From Vibrio cholerae ATCC 14035 (GTDB lineage: Bacteria; Pseudomonadota; Gammaproteobacteria; Enterobacterales; Vibrionaceae), in contig NZ_JHXR01000018.1 in assembly GCF_000621645.1 (NCBI RefSeq), forward strand, positions 63,493 to 95,492: a stretch of DNA of 32,000 nt, written 5' to 3'. Made by a program: the position numbers and the translations under genes. This document shows, in pieces, positions 9,102 through 20,221 of the stretch (positions are counted from its first letter, which is position 1; every line of letters starts with the position of its first letter). A model generated the notes under the pieces. That model had not been told where the DNA came from. It saw nothing but the letters and a program-made list of their open reading frames with translations, and made no database searches.

Positions 9102-10643
9102 TTAGTTTACTTTATCCTCAATCGGATGTCTTTCTACTAAAGGGGCATTTTCCTGATCCGGCGCTTGTTGTGCGCGTTCAATCAATGGCTGAGGGATAGA
9201 ACGTTTGATTTCCACCCCAAGCTGTTTGAAGCTTTCCGCCTGACGAATCGCGTTACCACGCCCAGTCACCAGCTTATTCATCGCCCCTTGGTAGCTCTGA
9301 TTGGCTTTATCCAGCGCGCCGCCTAGCCCTTCCATGTCTTCTACGAACAAACGCAGCTTATCGTACAACTTGCTAGCACGTTCGGCGATCAGCTGCGCAT
9401 TTTGATTCTGCCGCTCGTTGCGCCATAAGTTATCAATGGTGCGCAGCGCCACCAGCAAAGTGGTGGGGCTCACCAAAATAATGTTCTGCTCCATCGCGTC
9501 GTTGACCAAGCTTGGGTCGGCTTGAATCGCGACTTGAAACGCGGGTTCAACCGGAATAAACATCAGCACGTAATCGAGGCTCTGAATGCCTTTGAGTTGA
9601 TGGTAATCTTTCTGCCCTAGCCCACGAATATGGTTACGAAGCGCAAGTAAGTGCTCACGTAATGCGCTATCTCGCTCACTATCGGTTTCCGCATGGAAGT
9701 AACGCTCATACGCGACCAAAGCCATTTTCGAGTCGATCACTACCTGTTTGTTTTGCGGCAAATGGACAATCACATCTGGCTGATAACGCTTACCCGCTTC
9801 GTTTTGTAAGCTGACTTGAGTTTGGTATTCATGCCCTTCGCGCAGCCCAGATTCCGCTAGCACACGCGCCAACACCACTTCGCCCCAGTTGCCTTGCTGC
9901 TTGTTATCCCCTTTCAGCGCTTGAGTCAGGTTGACCGCTTCTTTGGCCATCTGCTCATTAAGGCGCTGCAAGTTACGCAGTTCATGCACTAAGGTGTGAC
10001 GCTCTTTGGCTTCGTGGTTAAAGCTATCATTGACCTGTTTTTTAAAACCTTCGAGCTGCTCTTTAAGTGGTGTGAGCAAACCTTCCAAACTCTGGCGGTT
10101 TTGCACATCGACCGTGGCGGTTTTGTGCTCAAACACCTGATTGGCTAAATGCTCAAATTGCTGCTTTAGGCGCTCTTCGGCTCGTTCAAGCAGCTGCAAT
10201 TTTTCTTGGCTCGCCACCAACTGCTGCTGATGACGCGCTTCTTGTTCACGCAATTGGCTTTCTAACTCGGCTTTCGCGGCGCGCACTTGGTTTAGCTCAT
10301 CGGCATACTGCTGGCGCTCTTGTTTCACCGCCTCAAAGTAACGCAGCTTTTCCAGCACTGCCATTAACTTGCCGTGTGATTGCTTGAGTTCAAATTCGTT
10401 TTTGTCACGTAACGCATCCAGCTCATCCAACTCTTGCTGCGCGGTAGTGAGCTGCTCATTAAGCTGCTGAATTTGCTGCGCATGCCAGTGGCTCTGCTGC
10501 TCAAGTTGTTGCTCAAGCAATTGGGTTTTCAGTTGGTAGCGCTGCTTGACCCACCAGCCGATCGCCACCCCAGTGGCGCCTGCACTCACTAACGCCGACC
10601 ACAATGCGCTTTGATTTTCAAAAATCCATTGCATGTTGAACAC
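9102..10643 (-). CDS. rmuC: DNA recombination protein RmuC
   Basis: 513 aa with an N-terminal TM segment and a Gln-rich coiled coil. The C-terminal RmuC domain is nearly identical in blocks to E. coli RmuC ([40 protein letters not shown]). Confidence 0.93.
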
Positions 10644-10667
10644 TTACTGTGATTTATCTCGATCAAA

Positions 10668-10696
10668 ATGGTATTTCGGCACTGGATAAATGTCCA
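10668..10696 (-). promoter_or_regulatory. Candidate sigma70 promoter of rmuC (-35 TGGACA, 17-nt spacer, -10 TACCAT)
   Basis: Read on the minus strand: TGGACA is the complement of 10691-10696 and TACCAT the complement of 10668-10673. This is a by-eye call only. Confidence 0.3.
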
Positions 10697-10697
10697 G
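10682..10697. promoter_or_regulatory. SOS-box-like palindrome CTGG-N8-CCAG between rmuC and the divergent DMT gene
   Basis: ACTGGATAAATGTCCAGT (10681-10698) keeps the CTG-N10-CAG core and an AT-rich centre. Both half-sites differ from CTGT/ACAG at the fourth base. It overlaps the candidate rmuC -35. Confidence 0.35.
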
Positions 10698-10756
10698 TTT
10701 GTTGCGCGTTTATTCTCCCCTAGACTAGCGAAAAACAAGGATAAGAGAGTTTCAGG

Positions 10757-11668
10757 ATGAATGAAAAACGCGCGTTGAGTTTGGGCTTGGCTTCGGTGCT
10801 GTTGTGGTCAACGGTCGCGACTGCCTTTAAATTGACGCTGGCCGAGTTAAACCCGCTGCAAATGGTGACCGTGGCGAGCATTGTCTCCGCACTCGCGTTA
10901 CTGGTGATTTGTGCTGCGATGGACAAGCTTAAGCTGATCGTCCCCACTTTACTGGCAAATCCGTTTTACTACCTGTTGCTTGGATTGATTAACCCACTCG
11001 CCTATTACCTGATTTTGTTTAAAGCCTATTCGCTGCTACCCGCTTCACAAGCGCAAGCCATCAACTACAGTTGGGCGATTACTCTCACCTTGATGGCGGC
11101 ACTGTTTCTCGGCCAACGCATTCGTAAACAAGATTGGATCGCCTGTGCAATGAGTTATCTCGGTGTGGTGGTGATCGCCACAAAAGGCGATCTGCTCGGC
11201 CTGCAATTTGAAAGTCCACTCGGGGTTGGTCTCGCCCTGCTGTCGACTCTGCTGTGGGCGGGATATTGGATTCTCAACACCAAAAATAAAGCTGATCCGA
11301 TCGTTGGGGTGTTACTCGGCTTTCTGCTGGCAATCCCGTTTGCACTGGCGCTGTGTTGGCACGAAAACCTCAATTGGCAAGGCATCACCACCCAAGGTTG
11401 GTTAGCGGTCACTTACGTGGGACTGTTTGAAATGGGCATTACGTTTGTACTCTGGCTCAGCGCACTGAAAAATACCCAGAACACCGCACGCATCAGTAAC
11501 CTGATTTTTGCTTCGCCTTTTATTTCGCTGTTTCTACTCGCGACCATCATTGGCGAAGCGATCCACCCAACCACTTTGATCGGTTTAGTGCTGATTATTG
11601 CGGGACTTGTGGTTCAGCAGTGGCAAGGCCGTAAAGCGCAACCTAGCGAAGCAAAACTTAACCCCTAA
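10757..11668 (+). CDS. DMT superfamily (EamA-type) permease
   Basis: 303 aa with about 10 hydrophobic segments arranged as two EamA-like halves. Confidence 0.85.
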   Translation: MNEKRALSLGLASVLLWSTVATAFKLTLAELNPLQMVTVASIVSALALLVICAAMDKLKLIVPTLLANPFYYLLLGLINPLAYYLILFKAYSLLPASQAQAINYSWAITLTLMAALFLGQRIRKQDWIACAMSYLGVVVIATKGDLLGLQFESPLGVGLALLSTLLWAGYWILNTKNKADPIVGVLLGFLLAIPFALALCWHENLNWQGITTQGWLAVTYVGLFEMGITFVLWLSALKNTQNTARISNLIFASPFISLFLLATIIGEAIHPTTLIGLVLIIAGLVVQQWQGRKAQPSEAKLNP

Positions 11669-12852
11669 ACCCACTGGCCGGCGACGTAGCCACTCGACCA
11701 AGCCCATTGGAAGTTATAGCCGCCGAGCCAGCCAGTCACATCCATCACTTCACCGATAAAGAATAAGCCTTTGACGGTTTTGCACTCCATGGTTTTGGAT
11801 GAGAGGCAATCGGTATCCACGCCACCAAGCGTCACCTCTGCGGTGCGATAGCCTTCGGTACCGTTTGGCACAATCGACCACTGCTCTAAACGGGTTTGCA
11901 CCGCGTCGAGCTCTTTGGGGGAATACTGTTTCAGCGGTTTATCGGCAAACAGTTGGCGTTCAATCAGCACTTCAACCAGCCGCTTGGGCAACACTTTCGA
12001 TAAGGTATTTTTCAAACTCTGGTTCGGGTGCGCTTCTTTTTCACTACTCAACAACTCAGCCAAATCCACGTCGGGGACTAAATTGGTGGTAATGGTTTGT
12101 CCTGGCGTCCAATAAGAGGAAATTTGCAGCACCGCGGGGCCAGATAAGCCGCGGTGAGTAAAGAGCAAGGCTTCTTTGAAGGTTTTACCGCATTCTGCGC
12201 GCATCTCAACAGGAATCGCCACACCCGATAACGGCGCGAAATCTTCCTTATCTTGCACATGCAACGTAAATGGCACTAAACCTGCGCTGGTACTGATCAC
12301 GGGCAAGCCAAACTGCTCTGCAATTTTGTAGCCAAACGGCGTGGCACCCAGTTTCGGCATCGATAAACCGCCGGTGGCAACCACCAGCGACGCGCACTCA
12401 ATCTCACCTATGGTGGTTTGCAGAGTAAAACCTTGCTCGGTGTGGGCTATGGCGCTGATTTCAACTTGATAGCGCTGCTCGATATTCGGTTGGTCACACT
12501 CGCTGAGTAGCATGTCTACAATCTCTTTGGCCGAATCAAGACAAAACAGCTGACCGTGATCGCGCTCTTCAAAGGCAATACCGTATTTGCTGACCAGCGA
12601 GATAAAATCCCAGTTGGTGTATTGCGACAGCGCCGATTTCACAAAGTGTGGGTTTTGGCACAAGTAGTTCGCCGCCGAGACATCGTAATTGGTGAAATTA
12701 CAGCGTCCACCACCGGAAATCAGAATTTTTCGCCCCGGTTTTTTAGCATGATCGAGCAGCAATACCTGACGGCCGTGTCGCGCCGCCTGTGCTGCGCACA
12801 TCAATCCCGCCGCACCTGCGCCAATAATTACCACATCGACTGTTTTGCTCAT
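11665..12852 (-). CDS. NAD(P)/FAD-dependent oxidoreductase, YhiN/HI0933 (BaiN-like) family
   Basis: Has the Rossmann motif VVIIGAGAAG and C-terminal GLFFIGEVMDVTGWLGGYNFQWAWSSG typical of HI0933-like flavoproteins. ATG 12852, 6 nt after AGGTGG, is preferred over the track GTG at 12861. Confidence 0.88.
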   Translation of the reverse strand: MSKTVDVVIIGAGAAGLMCAAQAARHGRQVLLLDHAKKPGRKILISGGGRCNFTNYDVSAANYLCQNPHFVKSALSQYTNWDFISLVSKYGIAFEERDHGQLFCLDSAKEIVDMLLSECDQPNIEQRYQVEISAIAHTEQGFTLQTTIGEIECASLVVATGGLSMPKLGATPFGYKIAEQFGLPVISTSAGLVPFTLHVQDKEDFAPLSGVAIPVEMRAECGKTFKEALLFTHRGLSGPAVLQISSYWTPGQTITTNLVPDVDLAELLSSEKEAHPNQSLKNTLSKVLPKRLVEVLIERQLFADKPLKQYSPKELDAVQTRLEQWSIVPNGTEGYRTAEVTLGGVDTDCLSSKTMECKTVKGLFFIGEVMDVTGWLGGYNFQWAWSSGYVAGQWV

Positions 12853-12869
12853 CACTGCCACCTAATCGC

Positions 12870-12901
12870 ATAAAAAAAGGATGTGCTGAGTGCACATCCT
12901 T
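12870..12901 (-). terminator. Rho-independent terminator downstream of uspB
   Basis: On the minus strand, AAGGATGTGC-ACTCA-GCACATCCTT (10-bp stem) is followed by TTTTTTTA. Confidence 0.8.
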
Positions 12902-12993
12902 ACTCACTTGGGCGGCTATTCTAACGGCAAATCGCTACTCTGCCAACGCAATGCACGTGTTGGCAAACCGCATTCGAAAAGCTCTCCGGCGCA

Positions 12994-13317
12994 CTAAAGC
13001 ATAAACGCGACGACAGTGGTGAGCACCAACAGTGAACCCGATAAAATGAACAGCTCACGTACCCGATCGCACTTACCAGTAAACACAGGATCATGATGGT
13101 GGTGATACTCACGACTTTTCAGGTAATGGTATAAACGCACCTGCTTAGTCACATTGCCATGGGTGGTGAAAAAGCCGCGCCCATCGACTTGTTGATAAAG
13201 GAGCGGGTGAGCTTCACGCATGATGTAAATAAGCGAGCGCAGCGCTGTCACATAACGTGCTACATTAATCGCAGTCACGAGCATAAGCGCAAATAGAATG
13301 GTATCTCCACTGATCAT
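12994..13317 (-). CDS. uspB: Universal stress protein B
   Basis: 107 aa with two TM segments, collinear with E. coli UspB ([29 protein letters not shown]). Confidence 0.92.
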   Translation of the reverse strand: MISGDTILFALMLVTAINVARYVTALRSLIYIMREAHPLLYQQVDGRGFFTTHGNVTKQVRLYHYLKSREYHHHHDPVFTGKCDRVRELFILSGSLLVLTTVVAFML

Positions 13318-13355
13318 CTTTTCCTCCCTACATCTTGTGTTGAGAATGCCCAGAG

Positions 13356-13385
13356 AAAAAGACGATCGCTTCAGTTTGTCTTTTT
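13356..13385 (-). terminator. Weak terminator-like hairpin after the ferritin gene
   Basis: AAAAAGAC pairs with GTCTTTTT (8 bp, AT-rich) across a 14-nt loop. This is atypical geometry. Confidence 0.25.
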
Positions 13386-13392
13386 GCTGATC

Positions 13393-13920
13393 TTACTCAG
13401 CAGGGGCATCCATGACAGAAGATGAGCCTTTTTTTGCCAATGCAGCTAGATCTTTATCGATAAAGAACAACGCCTTACCATCTTCACCGACCAGCTCTAG
13501 CTTATCTAAAATCCCTTTAAACAACTTCTCTTCTTCGTGCTGTTCAGCCACGTACCACTGAAGGAAGTTAAATGTTGAGTAGTCTTGGGAGGTGAACGCC
13601 ACATGAGCCAGTTTATTAATCTGTTGCGTGATCTTCTGTTCATGTTGGTACGTCTCACGAAACACTTCACCCAGTGAAGCAAAATCGTGGCGTGGCGCAG
13701 CGATCGCACCAAGGATTGGCAATGCACCGGTTTCACTCACATAAGTGAACAGACGCTGCATGTGCTGCATTTCTTCTACCGCGTGAGCGCGTAAAAACTC
13801 TGCAGCTCCGTCAAATCCTTTGTCTTCACACCAAGCACTCATTTGTAAGTATAGATTGGATGAAAAAAATTCGAGGTTAATTTGCTCATTGAGATGTTCT
13901 ACCATCGCTTGCGACAACAT
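13393..13920 (-). CDS. ftnA: Non-haem bacterial ferritin
   Basis: Collinear with E. coli FtnA from [21 protein letters not shown], with ferroxidase residues ([24 protein letters not shown]). ATG 13920 sits 7 nt after AGGAG, so the GTG at 13938 is rejected. Confidence 0.93.
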   Translation of the reverse strand: MLSQAMVEHLNEQINLEFFSSNLYLQMSAWCEDKGFDGAAEFLRAHAVEEMQHMQRLFTYVSETGALPILGAIAAPRHDFASLGEVFRETYQHEQKITQQINKLAHVAFTSQDYSTFNFLQWYVAEQHEEEKLFKGILDKLELVGEDGKALFFIDKDLAALAKKGSSSVMDAPAE

Positions 13921-14084
13921 AAAAAACTCCTGATTCACTCTAACTATTTGAACGCACTATAGCATGTTCGGTAGTTATTGTAGTCATCACCTAACCCATC
14001 GCCATCAAACTGAGATCGCTGCGACAAAAAAATCGCCACTCCAGTGCTACGCTGTGTTTAGTCACCCGAATAGGAGTCAGTACA

Positions 14085-14510
14085 ATGAGTTATCAACATC
14101 TTTTGGTTGCGGTCGACCTGTCTGAAGACAGCAAACTGCTGGTTGAAAAAGCGGTGGCTCTGGCCAAACCTCTCAATGCGGAAGTCTCATTTATTCATAT
14201 CGACGTGAACTACGCCGAGCTGTACACGGGCCTTATCGACATTAATTTGGCCGAAACGCAACATCACGCGATGGAAGCTTCACAAAAGCAACTGCAGGAT
14301 TTGGCGCAGCATGCCAATTACCCCATCAAGCATACCTTGGTCGGTAGCGGCGATTTAACCAATGAGCTGTGCGAAACCATCAGCGAGTTTAACGTGGATT
14401 TACTGGTGTGTGGCCATCACCAAGATTTCTGGAGCAAACTGCTCTCTTCCACACGGCAACTGATCAACAGCTCGCCAGTGGATATGTTAGTCATTCCACT
14501 CAACGACTGA
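14085..14510 (+). CDS. uspA: Universal stress protein A
   Basis: 141 aa, near-collinear with E. coli UspA (HLLVAVDLSEDSKLLVEKAV, DVNYAELYTGLID, LLVCGHHQDFWSKL). Confidence 0.95.
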   Translation: MSYQHLLVAVDLSEDSKLLVEKAVALAKPLNAEVSFIHIDVNYAELYTGLIDINLAETQHHAMEASQKQLQDLAQHANYPIKHTLVGSGDLTNELCETISEFNVDLLVCGHHQDFWSKLLSSTRQLINSSPVDMLVIPLND

Positions 14511-14566
14511 CGAACAGAAAATACTCAGGTAGACTGCTGATTTCCATTCACTCATTCAATAGCGTT

Positions 14567-15454
14567 ATGGTTTATCTTTCAGCAGTCACCCTGTTATGGG
14601 CATTTTCATTTAGCCTGATCGGCGTTTATCTCGCTGGTCAGGTTGATTCTTGGTTTGCCGTTTGGATGCGAGTGGCTCTCGCGAGTTTAGTCTTCATTCC
14701 CTTTCTGCGTTTCAAAGGTGTACCGCGCGCCCTGATTGCCAAATTAATGGCGATTGGCGGCGTTCAGCTTGGCTTGATGTACTGTTTCTACTATCAGTCT
14801 TTCTTGCTGCTCTCGGTTCCCGAAGTCTTACTGTTTACCGTTTTTACCCCGATTTATGTCACGCTGATTTACGATTTTCTTAAAGGGCGTTTCTCGCCTT
14901 GGTATTTAGTGACCGCTTTTATCGCTGTGCTCGGTGCCGTGTTCATTAAATTCGCTGGCATTAATGAACACTTCGTGACCGGTTTTCTTGTCGTGCAGGG
15001 AGCCAACCTCTGCTTTGCGATTGGCCAAGTCGGCTACAAATATGTGATGGAACAAGAGTCTACCGAATTGCCCCAACACACGGTATTTGGCTATTTCTAT
15101 CTAGGCGCTTTGCTGGTGGCCAGCGTTGCTTTTCTGCTGCTGGGTAATCCGGAAAAGCTCCCGACGACCTCAGTGCAATGGAGCATCTTGGTCTATTTGG
15201 GACTGATTGCTTCTGGGCTTGGTTACTTTGCTTGGAACAAAGGCGCCTGCATGGTCAACGCGGGAGCGTTAGCCATCATGAATAACGCTTTGGTACCCGC
15301 AGGCTTGGTGGTAAATATTCTGATTTGGAACCGCGAAGTCGATTTGGTGCGCTTATCGCTAGGTGGTGCGATTATTCTTGGCTCGCTGTGGATTAATGAA
15401 ACTTGGGTGAAACGCCGAGTAGAAAGGGATTATCAGCGTCAAGGTTTGCTCTAA
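14567..15454 (+). CDS. DMT superfamily permease (carboxylate/amino acid/amine transporter-like)
   Basis: About 295 aa with 10 hydrophobic segments. The start is set at ATG 14567 because the upstream part of the 348-aa track ORF overlaps uspA and is not membrane-like. Confidence 0.8.
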   Translation: MVYLSAVTLLWAFSFSLIGVYLAGQVDSWFAVWMRVALASLVFIPFLRFKGVPRALIAKLMAIGGVQLGLMYCFYYQSFLLLSVPEVLLFTVFTPIYVTLIYDFLKGRFSPWYLVTAFIAVLGAVFIKFAGINEHFVTGFLVVQGANLCFAIGQVGYKYVMEQESTELPQHTVFGYFYLGALLVASVAFLLLGNPEKLPTTSVQWSILVYLGLIASGLGYFAWNKGACMVNAGALAIMNNALVPAGLVVNILIWNREVDLVRLSLGGAIILGSLWINETWVKRRVERDYQRQGLL

Positions 15455-15483
15455 CCGAGATGAAATGACTCATCAAGAGACGC

Positions 15484-15510
15484 AAAAGCCCATCGGAGAT
15501 GGGCTTTTTT
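15484..15510. terminator. Bidirectional rho-independent terminator
   Basis: AAAAGCCCATC-GGAG-GATGGGCTTTT has A/T runs on both sides and lies between convergent genes. Confidence 0.8.
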
Positions 15511-15549
15511 AGGTCTGCGATAGTTGACACTTCAGCGCAATGATTCAGC

Positions 15550-15939
15550 TCAATGCATGCTCTGCGCTGTCGCTCTCTCTACCACTGGTGTTGGATGCCT
15601 TTGTCCAACTTTGCCTTCTAGCAGTTGCTGCTTTTTCATTAACTTACGCTGCTTTTTAAGCACTTTTTCCAGCTTTTTGTGGAATTTGCGCTGCTTTTTA
15701 AGGCTGGCTTTGGGAAGCAGGCTGACCACCCCACTTTCATGAGCAGGAAGTGCCACCACAGTCGCTACGGGCGCCGGAAGACTCATGGCTTGCGGTTTAC
15801 ACAAGCTTTTTTTATCCCCCGCCACGCGCGCACAAGCCCGACACAAAAACTGCGGCTCAGCGACCAGACGCTCAATTTCACTTAGGGAAGTCGCAATCTC
15901 ATGACGACTGAGTTTGCATAGACGTTTAGCCACAACCAC
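15550..15939 (-). CDS. Hypothetical protein with an N-terminal Cys cluster and a Lys/Gln-rich basic tail
   Basis: 127-129 aa. It has CRACARVAGDKKSLCKP plus an earlier Cys, and a C-terminal LKKQRKFHKKLEKVLKKQRKLMKKQQ. I recognise no family. GTG 15933, 5 nt after GGAG, is a better start than GTG 15939. Confidence 0.6.
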   Translation of the reverse strand: MVVAKRLCKLSRHEIATSLSEIERLVAEPQFLCRACARVAGDKKSLCKPQAMSLPAPVATVVALPAHESGVVSLLPKASLKKQRKFHKKLEKVLKKQRKLMKKQQLLEGKVGQRHPTPVVERATAQSMH

Positions 15940-16056
15940 TCCAGCTAAAATACGAATTATTCTCAGACGCAGATATTACGCCCTTCATCCAAAAACACAA
16001 GTCAGATTGTGGTGTGCCCTCGCTTCGTGAGCAAAGCGGCTTGATTGGCCAGCGCG

Positions 16057-19208
<3,152 letters not shown>

Positions 19209-19283
19209 GGTTAAACAATCGTTTTAATGGTGGTAAAGTAAGCACACTTTAATTTCATGTCGGCATGACTGTCAGGAAAGACA

Positions 19284-19745
19284 ATGCAAACCACCACCAA
19301 ACTCGATGAATTGGATCGCGCCATCCTGAAAATTCTAATGGACGATGCTCGCACGCCTTACGCAGAAATGGCCAAACAGTTTAATGTTAGTCCAGCTACG
19401 ATTCACGTGCGAATAGAGAAGATGAAAGCGGCCGATATTATCCAAGGCACCGAAGTGGTCGTAAATACCAAAAAGCTCGGTTATGACGTCTGTTGTTTTA
19501 TTGGGATTAATTTGAATGCCGCGCGTGATTACCATTCAGCGCTCGCCAAACTGAATGCACTGGATGAAGTGGTTGAAGCTTATTACACCACCGGAGCTTA
19601 TAACATTTTCGTCAAGCTGATGTGCCGCTCGATTGAAGAACTGCAGCATGTATTGATCGACAAACTGCAAGCCATCGATGAAGTACAATCCACCGAAACG
19701 CTGATTTCCCTGCAAAACCCGATCAGCCGTAACGTTAATCCTTAA
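19284..19745 (+). CDS. asnC: Lrp/AsnC-family transcriptional regulator AsnC
   Basis: 153 aa, collinear with E. coli AsnC throughout (LDRAILKILMDDARTPYAEMAKQFNVSPATIHVRIEKMK, YYTTGAYNIFVKLMCRS, QSTETLISLQNPI). Confidence 0.92.
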   Translation: MQTTTKLDELDRAILKILMDDARTPYAEMAKQFNVSPATIHVRIEKMKAADIIQGTEVVVNTKKLGYDVCCFIGINLNAARDYHSALAKLNALDEVVEAYYTTGAYNIFVKLMCRSIEELQHVLIDKLQAIDEVQSTETLISLQNPISRNVNP

Positions 19746-19833
19746 CGGTATAACGGATCGCTGAGTATCACTAAGCCTTGTCATTGACTTATCGTGGTAC
19801 ACGAACAAGGCGATATAGGGAATGAGCGTTCGA

Positions 19834-20118
19834 TTAGCGTTTTTGTAAGTAATTCAGAAGCTCTTCCGCAGAGATGCCCTGTTTAGCGAGTTCTTTAGCC
19901 ATGGTTTCGACTTGCTCGCCCTTGCGTGACTCGATCACTTGCTGGAACTGGTAAACCAGATCGCGTAGCACGGTCAGTGGCACTTGCTTGGCCGCACTGC
20001 GAATACGTTCACTGCTTTGATTGCCTAATTCATTAAGCAACTTGCCATACATCACCTTTTCTGGAGATTCATCAAGTTGTTCCAGAATGCGAGCCATTTC
20101 ATAGGTGGTTAGAGACAT
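19834..20118 (-). CDS. tsrA: Short H-NS-like protein (oligomerisation region only); by position and size the V. cholerae regulator TsrA
   Basis: 94 aa. By eye, LTVLRDLVYQFQQVIESRKGEQ...LAKQGISAEELLNYL parallels E. coli H-NS [22 protein letters not shown]...LIADGIDPNELLNSL. No C-terminal DNA-binding domain follows. The tsrA = VC0070 assignment is from recall of the literature. Confidence 0.65.
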   Translation of the reverse strand: MSLTTYEMARILEQLDESPEKVMYGKLLNELGNQSSERIRSAAKQVPLTVLRDLVYQFQQVIESRKGEQVETMAKELAKQGISAEELLNYLQKR

Positions 20119-20178
20119 GGTGTTTTGGATTCCAAACGGTTAGTCAGTATCGAAGAGGCAAACAATATACACAGGATG

Positions 20179-20205
20179 CACGCTGAGTAAAATAGCCTCA
20201 GCGTG
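20179..20205 (-). terminator. Hairpin downstream of the MFS gene (possible terminator)
   Basis: CACGCTGAG pairs with CTCAGCGTG (perfect 9 bp) across a 9-nt loop. No strong T-run follows on the minus strand. Confidence 0.35.
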
Positions 20206-20221
20206 AATTTATCTTGTTCTA

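Noticed and set aside
10644-10667. TGTGATTTATCTCGAT upstream of rmuC, considered as a CRP site.
   Set aside because: The right half-site TCGAT matches TCACA at only 2 of 5 positions.
13921-14084. A possible Fur box in the ftnA/uspA divergent region (TAGTTATTGTAGTCATCA), and a 53-codon plus-strand ORF starting at about 13964.
   Set aside because: The match to GATAATGATAATCATTATC is poor by eye. The small ORF overlaps the uspA start out of frame and has no SD.
14408-14566. The 5' part of the 348-aa track ORF, which overlaps the end of uspA.
   Set aside because: It overlaps uspA in another frame and its peptide is not membrane-like. The DMT permease begins naturally at ATG 14567 (MVYLSAVTLLWAFSF...).
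19269-19284. CTGTCAGGAAAGACAA overlapping the asnC start, which looks superficially like an SOS box.
   Set aside because: The right half is ACAA rather than ACAG, losing the essential G. The spacer is not AT-rich and the element lies on the SD and ATG region, so it is probably coincidental.
20124-20136. The palindrome TTTGGA-T-TCCAAA just upstream of the tsrA start, and a tentative tsrA promoter (TTTACT-16 nt-TATATT, 20164-20191).
   Set aside because: The 6-bp AT-rich arms could arise by chance and cannot form an RNA hairpin with a 1-nt loop. The promoter is a by-eye guess with no supporting evidence.
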